From contig DIQB01000014.1 of the NCBI GenBank assembly GCA_002427165.1, positions 6,377-44,731 of the forward strand: a stretch of DNA of 38,355 bases, read 5' to 3'. This stretch comes from Firmicutes bacterium UBA5473. GTDB taxonomy: Bacteria; Bacillota; DTU084. The translations under genes were made by a program, and so were the position numbers. Below, piece after piece: positions 1-9,253 of the stretch (its first letter is position 1; every line of letters begins with the position of its first letter). The notes beneath the pieces are model-generated. The model was not told the DNA's origin and did not search any database. It saw only the letters and a list, made by a program, of their open reading frames with translations.

Positions 1-380
1 GTGCCCATCCTGTTCCCAATTCCGGTTATCTAAACCGGGCCCTCCTTGCTGCCTACGAGAGCCAACCGGATGATTTTGAAAAGTTATTGGCTGTGCAAGG
101 GGTAGGGCCTGCCACCATTAGAGCCTTAGCTTTAGTTGCCGAGGTGGTCTGGGGTACGCCAGCTAGCCGCAAAGATCCAGTCCGCTATAGTTTTGCCCAT
201 GGGGGTAAAGACGGTTTTCCCTATCCTGTCTCCCGAGAGCAATATGATGAAAGCATCAACACCTTTGAGCGAGCGATCAAAGGTGCAAAGCTGGGGCATT
301 CAGATAAAATGAGAGCCTTAAAAAGGCTCTCGCAACTTGAGCTGGGTCCCCAAATCTCTACCCATTCTTCCGAAGAGTAG
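1..380 (+). CDS. DUF763-family protein, C-terminal part (5' end outside window)
   Basis: Frame is open from position 3 (AHPVPNSGYLNRALLAAYESQPDDFEKLLAVQGVGPATIRALALVAEVVWG...DPVRYSFAHGGKDGFPYPV). The GVGPxTxRAL and YSFAHGGKDGxPYPV motifs are typical of DUF763. Confidence 0.8.
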   Translation, partial: AHPVPNSGYLNRALLAAYESQPDDFEKLLAVQGVGPATIRALALVAEVVWGTPASRKDPVRYSFAHGGKDGFPYPVSREQYDESINTFERAIKGAKLGHSDKMRALKRLSQLELGPQISTHSSEE

Positions 381-397
381 AAGGGGGGTATATTATC

Positions 398-1381
398 ATG
401 ATGGTGGTCACAGGCGCTACAGGTCATATAGGGAATGTGCTAGTGCGGGAGCTTTTAAAAAAAGGACGCAAGGTTCGCTGCGTTGTCCTACCACATGAGA
501 GCACCAAACCTTTGGCAGGCCTTGATGTAGAGCTTATAAGGGCTGATGTGCAGGATTATCCCGCCCTTCTTGAGGCAGTAGGGGAAGCGGAAGCCCTCTT
601 TCATCTGGCAGGGATTGTTACTATTGTCTCAGGACAGCGGCAGAAGCTTCAGGCTGTGAACGTTATGGGCACTCGCAATGTTATCCGGGCCTCAAGAGAG
701 GGCAAGGTGGGCAGGCTAATTTACACCAGTTCTGTGCACGCTCTTGTAGAGCCGCCTTTTGGGAACACTATCGCTGAGAATGCACTTTTCGATCCCAGAC
801 TCGTCCATGGTGATTATGGGAAGTCAAAAGCCCAGGCTTCCCTGGAGGTTTTAGATGCGGCAAAAAAGGATTTAGATGCAGTTGTAGCAATCCCCTCTGG
901 CGTCATCGGGCCTTACGATTATAAGCCATCGGAGATGGGCCAGTTAATTATGGACTACCTCAATGGAAAAATGCGGGCTTTTCTCGATGGAGCCTATAAT
1001 TTTGTGGATGTGCGGGATGTGGCGCAAGGGCTCATCGCAGCATTCGAGAGGGGAGCGAGGGGAGAGAGCTATTTGCTATCGGGCTATGAGATTACAATTG
1101 AAGAACTTTTTCGTATTCTCTCTGCACTTTCTACTGTGAGGATGCCGAAATTAAAGCTTCCCACTTGGTTGTGCAAGGCGGCAAGCTATTTGGCTGTACC
1201 CTATTACAAATTTAGCCGCATCACACCTCGCTTCACACCCTATTCCATGTATGTGTTAGGCTCAAACTGCAATATGTCATTTGCCAAAGCAAAGCGAGAA
1301 CTAGGCTTTATGCCAAGACCCTTGGCCCAGACCCTCCAAGATACAGTAGCCTGGTTTCGCGAGGAGGAACTTGTTCCGTGA
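398..1381 (+). CDS. NAD-dependent epimerase/dehydratase (extended SDR, dihydroflavonol-4-reductase/HpnA-like)
   Basis: N-terminal VTGATGHIG Rossmann motif, HLAG, YTSS and catalytic YGKSK (YxxxK). Confidence 0.85.
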   Translation: MMVVTGATGHIGNVLVRELLKKGRKVRCVVLPHESTKPLAGLDVELIRADVQDYPALLEAVGEAEALFHLAGIVTIVSGQRQKLQAVNVMGTRNVIRASREGKVGRLIYTSSVHALVEPPFGNTIAENALFDPRLVHGDYGKSKAQASLEVLDAAKKDLDAVVAIPSGVIGPYDYKPSEMGQLIMDYLNGKMRAFLDGAYNFVDVRDVAQGLIAAFERGARGESYLLSGYEITIEELFRILSALSTVRMPKLKLPTWLCKAASYLAVPYYKFSRITPRFTPYSMYVLGSNCNMSFAKAKRELGFMPRPLAQTLQDTVAWFREEELVP

Positions 1382-2391
1382 CAGGCCGCCAGCTTGTGAA
1401 AAGGACCCTTGCATTTCAAAACCCTCAGCGGATTCCCAGGGATCTGTGGATCTCCCGTAGCATCCCACCGCAGGAGGCCAAAGAAGTTTTAGCTTTCTAT
1501 CCTTCAGACTTCACGAGGCCCCCCTTCGCCTATGGTAGGGGCCTGCGGGAAGAGGGAGTACGAGGGAGAGATTATAAATATACGGATCCTTGGGGCTGTA
1601 TTTGGCATACCGGAGATTTGGCAGAAAGTGGCTATGTGGTAGGCCATCCTTTGGCAGACTGGCAGAATCTCTCCCGCTTTCAGCCACCTTGGGAGATTTT
1701 AGCAAATGCAGATCTTGGCCAGGTGAATGCCAGCTGCAGGGCTACGGATAAATATGTGATTGCTCCCACATCCGTCTGCCCCTTTGAGCGCTTACAGCAC
1801 CTGCGAGGGACGGAACAGGTGCTATTGGATCTGGCTATGGGCGATGAGAGAATATGGAGGCTGTTAGAGATTATCCATGAGTTTAATTGCCAAGAACTTG
1901 AGATGTGGGCAGAAACTAGCGTGGATGGAGTTTTTTTGATGGATGACTGGGGCTGGCAAGGAGGGCTACTGGTTTCGCCTAAGCTTTGGAGAGAAAGGTT
2001 CAAACCATTGTATAGAGACTATTGCCAGCTGATCGGGGATGCAGGCAAGGCTGTCTTTTTCCATTCTGATGGAAAAATCCAGGAGATTTTTGAGGATTTT
2101 GTAGAGCTGGGGGTAGATGCCATCAATTCCCAGCTTTTTACCATGGATCTGGAGAAGCTTTCTGCATTCCGCGGACGCATCACCTTCTGGGGAGAGTTAG
2201 ATCGCCAATACCTCCTGCCTAGGGGAAACCTCCAGGAAATTCGTCAGGCAGTTGCCTCACTCTATGATCATCTGTGGGCTGATGGGGGTCTGGTTGCGCA
2301 ATGCCATTGGGAATCTGGAGTGGAACAGGAGAAGATCAGTGAGGTCTTTGCAGCTTACAGAGAGATAATGGTGAAAAAAGGCACAAAGTGA
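1378..2391 (+). CDS. Uroporphyrinogen decarboxylase/MtaA-CmuA-like TIM-barrel protein
   Basis: Motifs TDPWGCIW, FERLQHLRG, DDWGxQxGLLVSPxxWRExFKPxY, FFHSDG, ITFWGELDRQ. GTGA overlap with the upstream gene. Confidence 0.8.
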   Translation: MTGRQLVKRTLAFQNPQRIPRDLWISRSIPPQEAKEVLAFYPSDFTRPPFAYGRGLREEGVRGRDYKYTDPWGCIWHTGDLAESGYVVGHPLADWQNLSRFQPPWEILANADLGQVNASCRATDKYVIAPTSVCPFERLQHLRGTEQVLLDLAMGDERIWRLLEIIHEFNCQELEMWAETSVDGVFLMDDWGWQGGLLVSPKLWRERFKPLYRDYCQLIGDAGKAVFFHSDGKIQEIFEDFVELGVDAINSQLFTMDLEKLSAFRGRITFWGELDRQYLLPRGNLQEIRQAVASLYDHLWADGGLVAQCHWESGVEQEKISEVFAAYREIMVKKGTK

Positions 2392-2452
2392 TGAAAGAAC
2401 GCAGTTAAAAGCACTTGGCTAGCGTCTATCTTTGTAGGAGACAAAATCCAGA

Positions 2453-2482
2453 TTGGCATTGTCTCTTTTTTTATGCTATAAT
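2453..2482 (+). promoter_or_regulatory. Sigma-A-type promoter of the hydrogenase operon
   Basis: TTGGCA (2453-2458) followed by TGcTATAAT (extended -10, 2474-2482), about 50 bp before the RBS/ATG at 2535. Confidence 0.6.
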
Positions 2483-2483
2483 A

Positions 2484-2501
2484 TTGTTAAATAATTAACA
2501 G
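2484..2501. promoter_or_regulatory. Rex operator
   Basis: TTGTTAAATAATTAACAG matches the clostridial Rex consensus TTGTTAANNNNTTAACAA at all but the last position and sits directly downstream of the -10. Confidence 0.7.
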
Positions 2502-2534
2502 ACTGTGTTATATTTATGGCAAGGAGAAGAAATA

Positions 2535-2777
2535 ATGGAAGTTATTGTTTGCATAGGCAGTGCCTGCCATCTGAAAGGGTCTCATCAGGTGATTGAACGA
2601 CTGCTAGTCTTGCTCCATGAAAATGGCCTTGAAAATAAGGTGAAGGTGAAGGCTGCCTTTTGCCAGGGCAAATGTCAAGAGGGCGTTGCCATGTCCATCG
2701 ATGGCCAGGAGATTTTAGGTGCTTCCCCTAAAACAGTTGATGCTATCTTTCAAAAATATATAGTAGGTGATGCGTGA
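2535..2777 (+). CDS. hfsA: Thioredoxin-like [2Fe-2S] ferredoxin (HfsA-like)
   Basis: AAGGAG RBS then MEVIVCIGSACHLKGS...AFCQGKC (Cx4C...Cx3C). First gene of an hfs-type operon. Confidence 0.8.
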   Translation: MEVIVCIGSACHLKGSHQVIERLLVLLHENGLENKVKVKAAFCQGKCQEGVAMSIDGQEILGASPKTVDAIFQKYIVGDA

Positions 2778-4444
2778 TGAATACCATCATCCACACAAGT
2801 CCTGCCCGTTGCCAGGACTGTTATCGCTGCGTTCGAGAGTGTCCCTTAAAGTCCATCGCCCTCTCTGGAGGCCAGGCTCGGGTGGTGGAGGAGAAGTGTG
2901 TTCTCTGCGGAAGTTGCGTTGTAGCCTGTCCCCAGGAGGCAAAACGAATTGCAGACGACTTGCCTCTCTTTTTAGAGCTCCTGGAAGCAGGAGAGCCCCT
3001 TGTGGTGAGCGTGGCGCCGTCTGTGGCTTGCGGTATTCTAGACAATTCTCCCTCCCAAGTTTTTGCGAAGCTACGGGAGCTGGGTGTGGTGGCAGTGCGC
3101 CAGGTTGCAGAGGGCGCCAACCAGGTTGCCCAGGCTTACCAAGAGCTTTATTTAACTCGCGAGGAGACAACTATCTCCTCGTGTTGTCCCTCTGTGGTGA
3201 ATCTTGTGGAGAAACACTTCCCAAGCCTGATTCCTTACTTGGCGCCGATTGAGTCTCCCATGATTACCCATGCTAGGATGCTAAAGGAGGAGTACCCAAA
3301 GAGTAATATTTTCTTCCTCGGGCCTTGCGCTGCTAAAATTCAGGAGGCAAGAGCTTTTGGGGAGCCGCAGGTGCTGCGGGGTGCCATTACTTTCACAAGC
3401 CTAGCCAAGTTTCTTGAAGGCAAGAGGCAGGCTCAAGAGGCGAAAGATGTGGGTCTTGCTTTAGGGGGACTGTTTCCTATGCAAGGTGGTGTGCTTCGCG
3501 CCTCAGACTTGGAGGAAAAAAATGATGCTGTGCAAATCAGTGGGCTGGAATCGCTCTTGGAGCTATTTCGCTTTTTAGAAGCGGGAGGTAAAGGCCCCAG
3601 GTTTATCGAGGCTATGGCCTGCAGCGGCGGCTGCCTAATGGGGCCTGCCATGGTCTGTCCCCAAGAGAATATTTGGGAGCGGCGAGAGCGGGTTCTCGCC
3701 TGGACGCAAAAGGAGGCAGCTGAGAATAAGACTGTTCCCCAAAGTCGCACCTATGAGGATCGAAAAGAACCAGAGGAGGAATTTACCGAAGAGGAGATCC
3801 GCTCTGTCCTTGAAAAAATCGGCAAGTTTAGACCTGAAGATGAAACCAACTGCGGCGGTTGCGGCTACTCTTCCTGTCGCGAGAAAGCTGTCGCTGTCCT
3901 CCGGGGGCAAGCCGAGACTGAGATGTGCGTTTCATATCTGAAGGAGAAATTCCGCTCCTTTGCCAATCTCGTGGTGCGGGCCACACCAGATGGTGTGATT
4001 GTGGTAGATCGGGATCTTATCATTCAAGAGTTCAATCCTGCAGCGGAGAGGTGGTTCAATCGCCATGGTAAAGAGGCGATTGGTTTACACCTAGCTAGTT
4101 TTATCGCTCCTGAAGCTTTTGCCCAGGTTGCCAAAACAGGAGAAAGGGTGCATCTTGATTCAGTGCATTATCCCCAATATGAACTTACAGTTGAAGAACT
4201 GATTATGCCCCTGCCAGAGTACGAGCTTGTGATTGGAATTTTCCGAGATTTATCAACGCAAATCCAAGCGCAAAGGGAACTGGACTTGCTTTCAGAAGAA
4301 ACCATAGATAAAGCCACCCGGGTCATTGATGAGCATCTGCATACTGCACAGGAAATAGCAGGTTTGTTGGCTGAAAATGCAGCCCAGACTAAAGCCACCC
4401 TCTGGGAGGTTATTTCCCTGATTAATAAAAGAAAGGCTGAATAG
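2774..4444 (+). CDS. hfsB: PAS-domain sensory [FeFe]-hydrogenase (group C, HfsB/HydS-like)
   Basis: Two 4Fe-4S motifs (CQDCYRCVRECP, CVLCGSCVVACP), H-cluster motifs SSCCP / GPCAAKxxE / EAMACSGGC, an FeS domain (CGGCGYSSC...C) and a C-terminal PAS (TPDGVIVVD...FNPAAE). Confidence 0.88.
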   Translation: MMNTIIHTSPARCQDCYRCVRECPLKSIALSGGQARVVEEKCVLCGSCVVACPQEAKRIADDLPLFLELLEAGEPLVVSVAPSVACGILDNSPSQVFAKLRELGVVAVRQVAEGANQVAQAYQELYLTREETTISSCCPSVVNLVEKHFPSLIPYLAPIESPMITHARMLKEEYPKSNIFFLGPCAAKIQEARAFGEPQVLRGAITFTSLAKFLEGKRQAQEAKDVGLALGGLFPMQGGVLRASDLEEKNDAVQISGLESLLELFRFLEAGGKGPRFIEAMACSGGCLMGPAMVCPQENIWERRERVLAWTQKEAAENKTVPQSRTYEDRKEPEEEFTEEEIRSVLEKIGKFRPEDETNCGGCGYSSCREKAVAVLRGQAETEMCVSYLKEKFRSFANLVVRATPDGVIVVDRDLIIQEFNPAAERWFNRHGKEAIGLHLASFIAPEAFAQVAKTGERVHLDSVHYPQYELTVEELIMPLPEYELVIGIFRDLSTQIQAQRELDLLSEETIDKATRVIDEHLHTAQEIAGLLAENAAQTKATLWEVISLINKRKAE

Positions 4445-4446
4445 CC

Positions 4447-5598
4447 ATGCAGCTCGCCTTTGATTTAGCACAAAAATTCCTTGCCAAAGAAGGGGAGGAG
4501 CTCTGTGGAGATACAGTACAGGTCCTGCGCAGACCCGATGAGATCATGGTAGCCCTCTCAGACGGACTAGGCAGTGGTGTCAAAGCCGGCATCCTCTCCA
4601 CCATGACTGTGAAGCTGGCCTCCACACTTCTGTCTCGGGGTCTCCCTTTGGATGATGTGATGGCTACCATCAATCAGACCTTGCCTGTATGCAAGGAGAG
4701 AGGATTGGCCTATGCCACCTTGGCAGTGCTCGCTGCCGAGGCAGATGGCGCAACGAGACTACTTGTCAATGATAGTCCCCAGGCTCTGCTTCTGCGAGAT
4801 AATGAGCTACTAGAGCCACCTTTTTCCCAAACTGAAGTGGGGGAGAAGCAAATTCAGCAAAGCCAGTTTCAGCTCCAAGAGGGAGATCTCCTCTTTCTTT
4901 TCTCCGACGGTGTCACCCACGCAGGTGTTGGGGGAGTCTTGGAGCTGGGTTGGGGAATGGGTGGCCTTCGCTATTATTTGGAAAAGAAAGCCCCATCTCG
5001 CCTTGAGCCAGAACAGTGGGCCCATGAAATTTTAGATATTGTCAACATCCTCTATCAGGGTAGGCCAGGAGATGATGCCACAGTTGTGGTACTCAGGGCC
5101 CGGTCTCCTCGGAGCATGATGTTGCTTTCAGGTCCACCTGAAGATAAAGAATTAGATGAAGAGCTTTGCAACAGGCTCCGAGCCTTCCCTGGTCAAAGAG
5201 TGATTGCAGGTGGGGCCACAGGCAATATGGTGGCTCGGCAGTGGAATGAGCGGCTTCAGACCCAGATGAACTATGAGGATCCCACAGTGCCGCCTAAAGC
5301 GACATTGACTGGAGCCCATTTGGTGACCGAAGGCATTCTCACCTTAAATAAAGTCATAGATAGGCTACGGTTGGTGCTAAGCGGCGAAAATATTCCCCCC
5401 CAAGAGGATGGGGCCTCTTGCCTTGCCCGAGAGCTTTTGCGCACAGAAAATATTCACTTTATAATTGGCACAGCCCTCAATCCGGCCTTCAGATCCCTGC
5501 AAAGTGCCGTTGCCTATCCAACGCGGCAGCAGGCAATAGCTGAACTTTCTCGGCTGTTGGCAAGACTGGGTAAACAAACTACAGTGGAATGGTACTGA
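4447..5598 (+). CDS. hfsC: SpoIIE/PP2C-type serine phosphatase (HfsC-like)
   Basis: EELCGD, LSDGLGSGVKA, FSDGVTHAG and DDATV PP2C motifs. Position follows the sensory hydrogenase. Confidence 0.85.
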   Translation: MQLAFDLAQKFLAKEGEELCGDTVQVLRRPDEIMVALSDGLGSGVKAGILSTMTVKLASTLLSRGLPLDDVMATINQTLPVCKERGLAYATLAVLAAEADGATRLLVNDSPQALLLRDNELLEPPFSQTEVGEKQIQQSQFQLQEGDLLFLFSDGVTHAGVGGVLELGWGMGGLRYYLEKKAPSRLEPEQWAHEILDIVNILYQGRPGDDATVVVLRARSPRSMMLLSGPPEDKELDEELCNRLRAFPGQRVIAGGATGNMVARQWNERLQTQMNYEDPTVPPKATLTGAHLVTEGILTLNKVIDRLRLVLSGENIPPQEDGASCLARELLRTENIHFIIGTALNPAFRSLQSAVAYPTRQQAIAELSRLLARLGKQTTVEWY

Positions 5599-5611
5599 GG
5601 AGGCGTAAGAT

Positions 5612-5851
5612 GTGATCACAGTTGAAATCTGTATTGGCACTGCTTGTCATCTGATGGGAAGCGAAGAGATTTTTACGGCTCTAGAAGAATTGCCACCTAA
5701 ACTAAAATCTAAAATTGTAATCCGAGGCACTAGTTGCCTTGGTGGCTGCGATCGCGGCCCTGTAGTGCGAATTAATAATCAGACCTACTATCGGGTTACT
5801 CCCTCTGAACTGAAAACGGTTTTGAAGAAGTTAGGAGGAGAGGATTCATGA
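5612..5851 (+). CDS. Second thioredoxin-like [2Fe-2S] ferredoxin (NuoE-like)
   Basis: GAGGAGG RBS, GTG start, ICIGTACHLMG...SCLGGCDRGPVVRIN. Confidence 0.8.
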   Translation: MITVEICIGTACHLMGSEEIFTALEELPPKLKSKIVIRGTSCLGGCDRGPVVRINNQTYYRVTPSELKTVLKKLGGEDS

Positions 5852-7251
5852 GAAGAATTACTTCAGAGATAGACAAAATTCGCCGCCAGGTGCTAACTGA
5901 AGTAGCGCGGCTTGCATTTGAAGGAAAACTATTACGGGAGATCGAAGATCTACCCTATGGATTATTTGACAATGGAATCAAAAATTATCGTTGCTGCCAA
6001 TTCAAAGAAAGAGCGGTCCTCAGGGAGAGAATTCGCCTCAGTCTCGGTGAAGACCCTGCAGGTGACAGAGAGCCTTTGGTAAAGGCTGCAACCCGGGCGC
6101 TAAAACGCGAAAAAGTTGAAGGACCTATGCTCCAGGTGATAGATATTGCCTGTGATCAGTGTCCAATCGATAGTATCTTGGTTACAGATGCCTGCCGCCA
6201 CTGCGTGGCCCACAATTGCGAAAACGCCTGTCCCCGGGATGCCATTTGTGTAATCAATGGCAAGGCTGTAATTGAGAAGGATAAATGTATAGAGTGCGGA
6301 CTTTGCGTGGAGGCCTGTGAGTTTGGAGCGATTCTAAAAATCCAGCGGCCTTGCGAGCGTGCCTGCCAGGTAAATGCCATCAGTTCCGGAGAAGACAGAC
6401 ACGCCACTATCGATCCCGCTGCGTGTGTGAACTGTGGCCAGTGCACAATAAGTTGTCCTTTTGGGGCAATCAGCTATAAATCTGAGATCTTGCCTCTGAT
6501 CCTGAATCTTCTAGATGGGAAAAAAGTAGTCGCCCTTGTGGCTCCATCTGCCCCAGGTCAGTTTGGTCGTAATATTTCCATGGGCCAGCTGTTTGCAGGC
6601 CTGAAAAAGCTAGGTTTTACAAAGTCTTTGGAACTTGGGTATGCCGCAGACGAGGTGGCCCAGAGGGAGGCAGCAGAACTGGGGGATAGTTGGCTGACCA
6701 ATTCATGTTGCCCCGCATATAAGGACTTGGTGCAGAGGCGCTATCCTACGCTCCGAGATCATATTTCGGACTTGCCCAGTCCCATGGCTCTGGCAGCCCA
6801 AACAATTCGAGAATCCGCTCCTGATGCTTATATTGTTTTTATAGGGCCTTGTCTTGCCAAGAAAACTGAAGCTCCCCAGCTTCTCGATGCAGTGCTCACC
6901 TTCGAGGAATTGGCATGTCTTTTTGTAGCAAGGGATATTAACCTCTCAAAACTCGCTCCTCAAAAGCTGGAAGCGCGGCCTTCAGTCTTCGGTCGGGGTT
7001 TTGCTGCCAGCGGTGGTGTGGCTCGTGCTGTGGAAAATCACAAAAAGGTGAAAGTCGAGAGGGGAGATGGCCTGGCTGAGTGCCAGAGGATCCTGACGTT
7101 GGCCCAGAAGTTGGGTTTAGATGCTGACTTTCTAGAGGGGATGGCATGTCCAGGCGGATGCCTTGGGGGACCGGGGACGCTTGTGGATAGTACGGTGAGC
7201 AAAAGAGCCTTAGCGCTAGATTTAAAACAACCGGATAAGAAAAACGGGTAG
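5848..7251 (+). CDS. hfsD: Monomeric [FeFe]-hydrogenase (group B, HfsD-like)
   Basis: N-terminal YRCC..KERA, multiple ferredoxin motifs (CRHCVAHNCENACP, CIECGLCVEAC, CVNCGQCTISCP) and H-cluster motifs NSCCPAY / GPCLAKKTE / EGMACPGGCLGG. Confidence 0.88.
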   Translation: MRRITSEIDKIRRQVLTEVARLAFEGKLLREIEDLPYGLFDNGIKNYRCCQFKERAVLRERIRLSLGEDPAGDREPLVKAATRALKREKVEGPMLQVIDIACDQCPIDSILVTDACRHCVAHNCENACPRDAICVINGKAVIEKDKCIECGLCVEACEFGAILKIQRPCERACQVNAISSGEDRHATIDPAACVNCGQCTISCPFGAISYKSEILPLILNLLDGKKVVALVAPSAPGQFGRNISMGQLFAGLKKLGFTKSLELGYAADEVAQREAAELGDSWLTNSCCPAYKDLVQRRYPTLRDHISDLPSPMALAAQTIRESAPDAYIVFIGPCLAKKTEAPQLLDAVLTFEELACLFVARDINLSKLAPQKLEARPSVFGRGFAASGGVARAVENHKKVKVERGDGLAECQRILTLAQKLGLDADFLEGMACPGGCLGGPGTLVDSTVSKRALALDLKQPDKKNG

Positions 7252-7272
7252 CTACCGAGCTACCCGTTTTTT
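7240..7272 (+). terminator. Rho-independent terminator overlapping the hfsD stop codon
   Basis: AAAAACGGGTAGCT-accg-AGCTACCCGTTTTTT perfect inverted repeat with a T-tract. Confidence 0.85.
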
Positions 7273-7465
7273 AATGCAAAGAGCACAACAAAACTAATGC
7301 AAATTCATGCAATACAAGATCTTATTTTGCATTTAAATAACACGTTAACAAGGATGCTTTTTGCAATTTCGAAATATCATTCTGCATTTATCCAGCTAAA
7401 TAACTTGGTGAACAATCTATATCGTAACAATACAATGACATCATTTAAATAATTTAACGTGTTAG

Positions 7466-7523
7466 GAAGGAATTCTAGTTTTCGGGGAGAATAGTAATAA
7501 TAAGAGAATGCAAACGACTGCAT
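7466..7523 (+). promoter_or_regulatory. SigH-like promoter plus LacI-type operator upstream of the first LacI gene
   Basis: GAAGGAATT-N11-GGAGAAT (7466-7492) fits RNAGGAWWW-N11/12-RNNGAAT. Imperfect palindrome ATGCAAACGACTGCAT at 7508-7523. Confidence 0.5.
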
Positions 7524-7543
7524 GATTTCTAGTTATAATAGAG

Positions 7544-8554
7544 GTGGCAAAAGTGGCAACAATGAATGATGTTGCAAAAAAAGCAGGTGTTTCTGCCTCC
7601 ACGGTCTCTAGGGTTTTAAATCCCACTCCCAATGTGACCATCAGTGCTGAGACCCAGGCAAAAGTACGTGCTGCAGCAGAACAATTAAATTATCGAACTA
7701 ATCTACTTGCACAAGGATTGCGCTTAAATAAGTTCAATAATCTTGGTTTTTTACTCTGTGAGCGCTCTTTAGATCAAATGTATTATTATAATCTCTTAAA
7801 AGCAGTAGAGAACGAAGCATCTAAAACAGGGCTCAGTTTGATTTTTGCTACTTTAGATGATAAACATACTCCCCCCATGCTCAATGACTCCAATATTGAT
7901 GGTCTCCTTGTTACAGGGCGGGTCACCAAAGAAAAAATAGAGCTCATAGAACGCGCAGGCGTGCCCTTTATCGTGTTGGGACTTCCTTTAGACGAACAGG
8001 TGGACTGTAATGTTGTTACACCTGATCCTGAAAATGAAATTTTCACTGCTTTGGAATATTTATTAAGCCATGGACATAAAAAAGTTGCCTATATTAGCAC
8101 CTACCGAGATGCAAAACTGCAAAAGATCAGTGAAAGAGGGTTTAGAGGGGCCTATTTAAATGCCTCCCTCCCAGTTGAAATGGACTTACTAGCAACTTGT
8201 GTTGAGGATCCTAACCGTTATTTTCAAAGTTATTTGCTGGAGCAGAGGGTAACTGCACTAGTTGTACAACAACAATTTGTTCCTCAATTTTATGCTTTTA
8301 TTAATAAACATAAAATATCAATTCCCCAAGATTTGAGTGTTATCATTATTGGAGAAGATCTGCTTGACCCTCAAGCGCAGAATTTCTATCATTATGTCCA
8401 AAGTAGAACTAAAGATGTCGGTACTATAGCCGTAGAACAGTTGCATCGTATATGGGACAAAGAGGTTAGCTACGTAAATATTAAAGTTTCTCCCTTCCTC
8501 CATGAAGGAAAAAGCGTGCTCAAGCTCACAGAACCATTACAAAAGGAGGCTTGA
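7544..8554 (+). CDS. LacI-family transcriptional regulator
   Basis: TMNDVAKKAGVSASTVSRVLN HTH, hinge LNYRTNLLAQGL and a periplasmic-binding-like C-domain (IPQDLSVI). Confidence 0.92.
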   Translation: MAKVATMNDVAKKAGVSASTVSRVLNPTPNVTISAETQAKVRAAAEQLNYRTNLLAQGLRLNKFNNLGFLLCERSLDQMYYYNLLKAVENEASKTGLSLIFATLDDKHTPPMLNDSNIDGLLVTGRVTKEKIELIERAGVPFIVLGLPLDEQVDCNVVTPDPENEIFTALEYLLSHGHKKVAYISTYRDAKLQKISERGFRGAYLNASLPVEMDLLATCVEDPNRYFQSYLLEQRVTALVVQQQFVPQFYAFINKHKISIPQDLSVIIIGEDLLDPQAQNFYHYVQSRTKDVGTIAVEQLHRIWDKEVSYVNIKVSPFLHEGKSVLKLTEPLQKEA

Positions 8555-9217
8555 CATCAATATACAGGAATTGCAAGTGAGGAACAAGCCAAAAGGCTAC
8601 TTGAGCATCTTTTAGATCCTAACGAGTTCAATACTCCCCACCCTGTCCCGTCCCTTTCTCAAGATGATCCAAACTATGAACCTTTAGGCTCTTATTGGCG
8701 AGGTGGTGTTTGGGCACCTACAAACTATATGGTAGTAAAGGGATTGAAGAAGTATAATAAGCTACCTTGGGCAAGGGAGATTGCAAAGAAGCATTTAGCT
8801 GCAATGCATGAGGTAATGATTAATGAAAATTATGGTGGTATCTGGGAGTGTTATGCACCACAGTACCCTCAGCCTGCGGTAAATGCATATGGTAAATTAG
8901 TGCGCCCTAATTTTGTAGGCTGGTCAGGATTAGGCCCAATTTCCATGCTTTTAGAAGTGATCTTTGGGTTGGAATTCGATGCCAGTGAAAACTGTATCGA
9001 ATGGATCATAGGTACAGAAGGTAGACACGGAATCGAAAACTTGGAGTTTAACGGTGGGAAGGTATCTTTAGTCTGTAAGGGAAAAAGCCATGTGCCAGGC
9101 GAGACGAAAATAATAGTTGAAACATCCAGTGAATTAAAGCTCAAATTAAGTTTAATGGGCCAATCCTTTATCCGTGAGCATCTACTAAATGCGGGAACTC
9201 ATACACTTAGTATTTAA
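8555..9217 (+). pseudogene. 5'-truncated (alpha/alpha)6 glycoside hydrolase (GH63/MGH1/trehalase-like), C-terminal fragment only
   Basis: Frame is open from 8555: ...QAKRLLEHLLDPNEFNTPHPVPSLSQDDPNYEPLGSYWRGGVWAPTNYMVVKGL...IWECYAP...FVGWSGLGPI. No start codon or N-terminal domain before this. Confidence 0.75.
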
Positions 9218-9253
9218 ATGGGCTTAGCACTTAAAGCTAATTGGAAAGGGATA

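Noticed and set aside
1378-2391. True hemE
   Set aside because: It lacks the N-terminal WxMRQAGR motif of HemE and has no tetrapyrrole context, so it is kept as a URO-D-like family member.
2767-3252. Alternative 161-aa + strand ORF and other short overlapping/antisense ORFs in the track
   Set aside because: They are shadows of well-supported genes and have no motifs or RBS.
8552-8554. TGA read-through (selenocysteine or recoding) joining LacI to the GH fragment
   Set aside because: LacI is already full length, the position is not a catalytic Cys site, no convincing SECIS hairpin follows, and the GH part lacks its N-terminal half. A deletion explains the sequence better.
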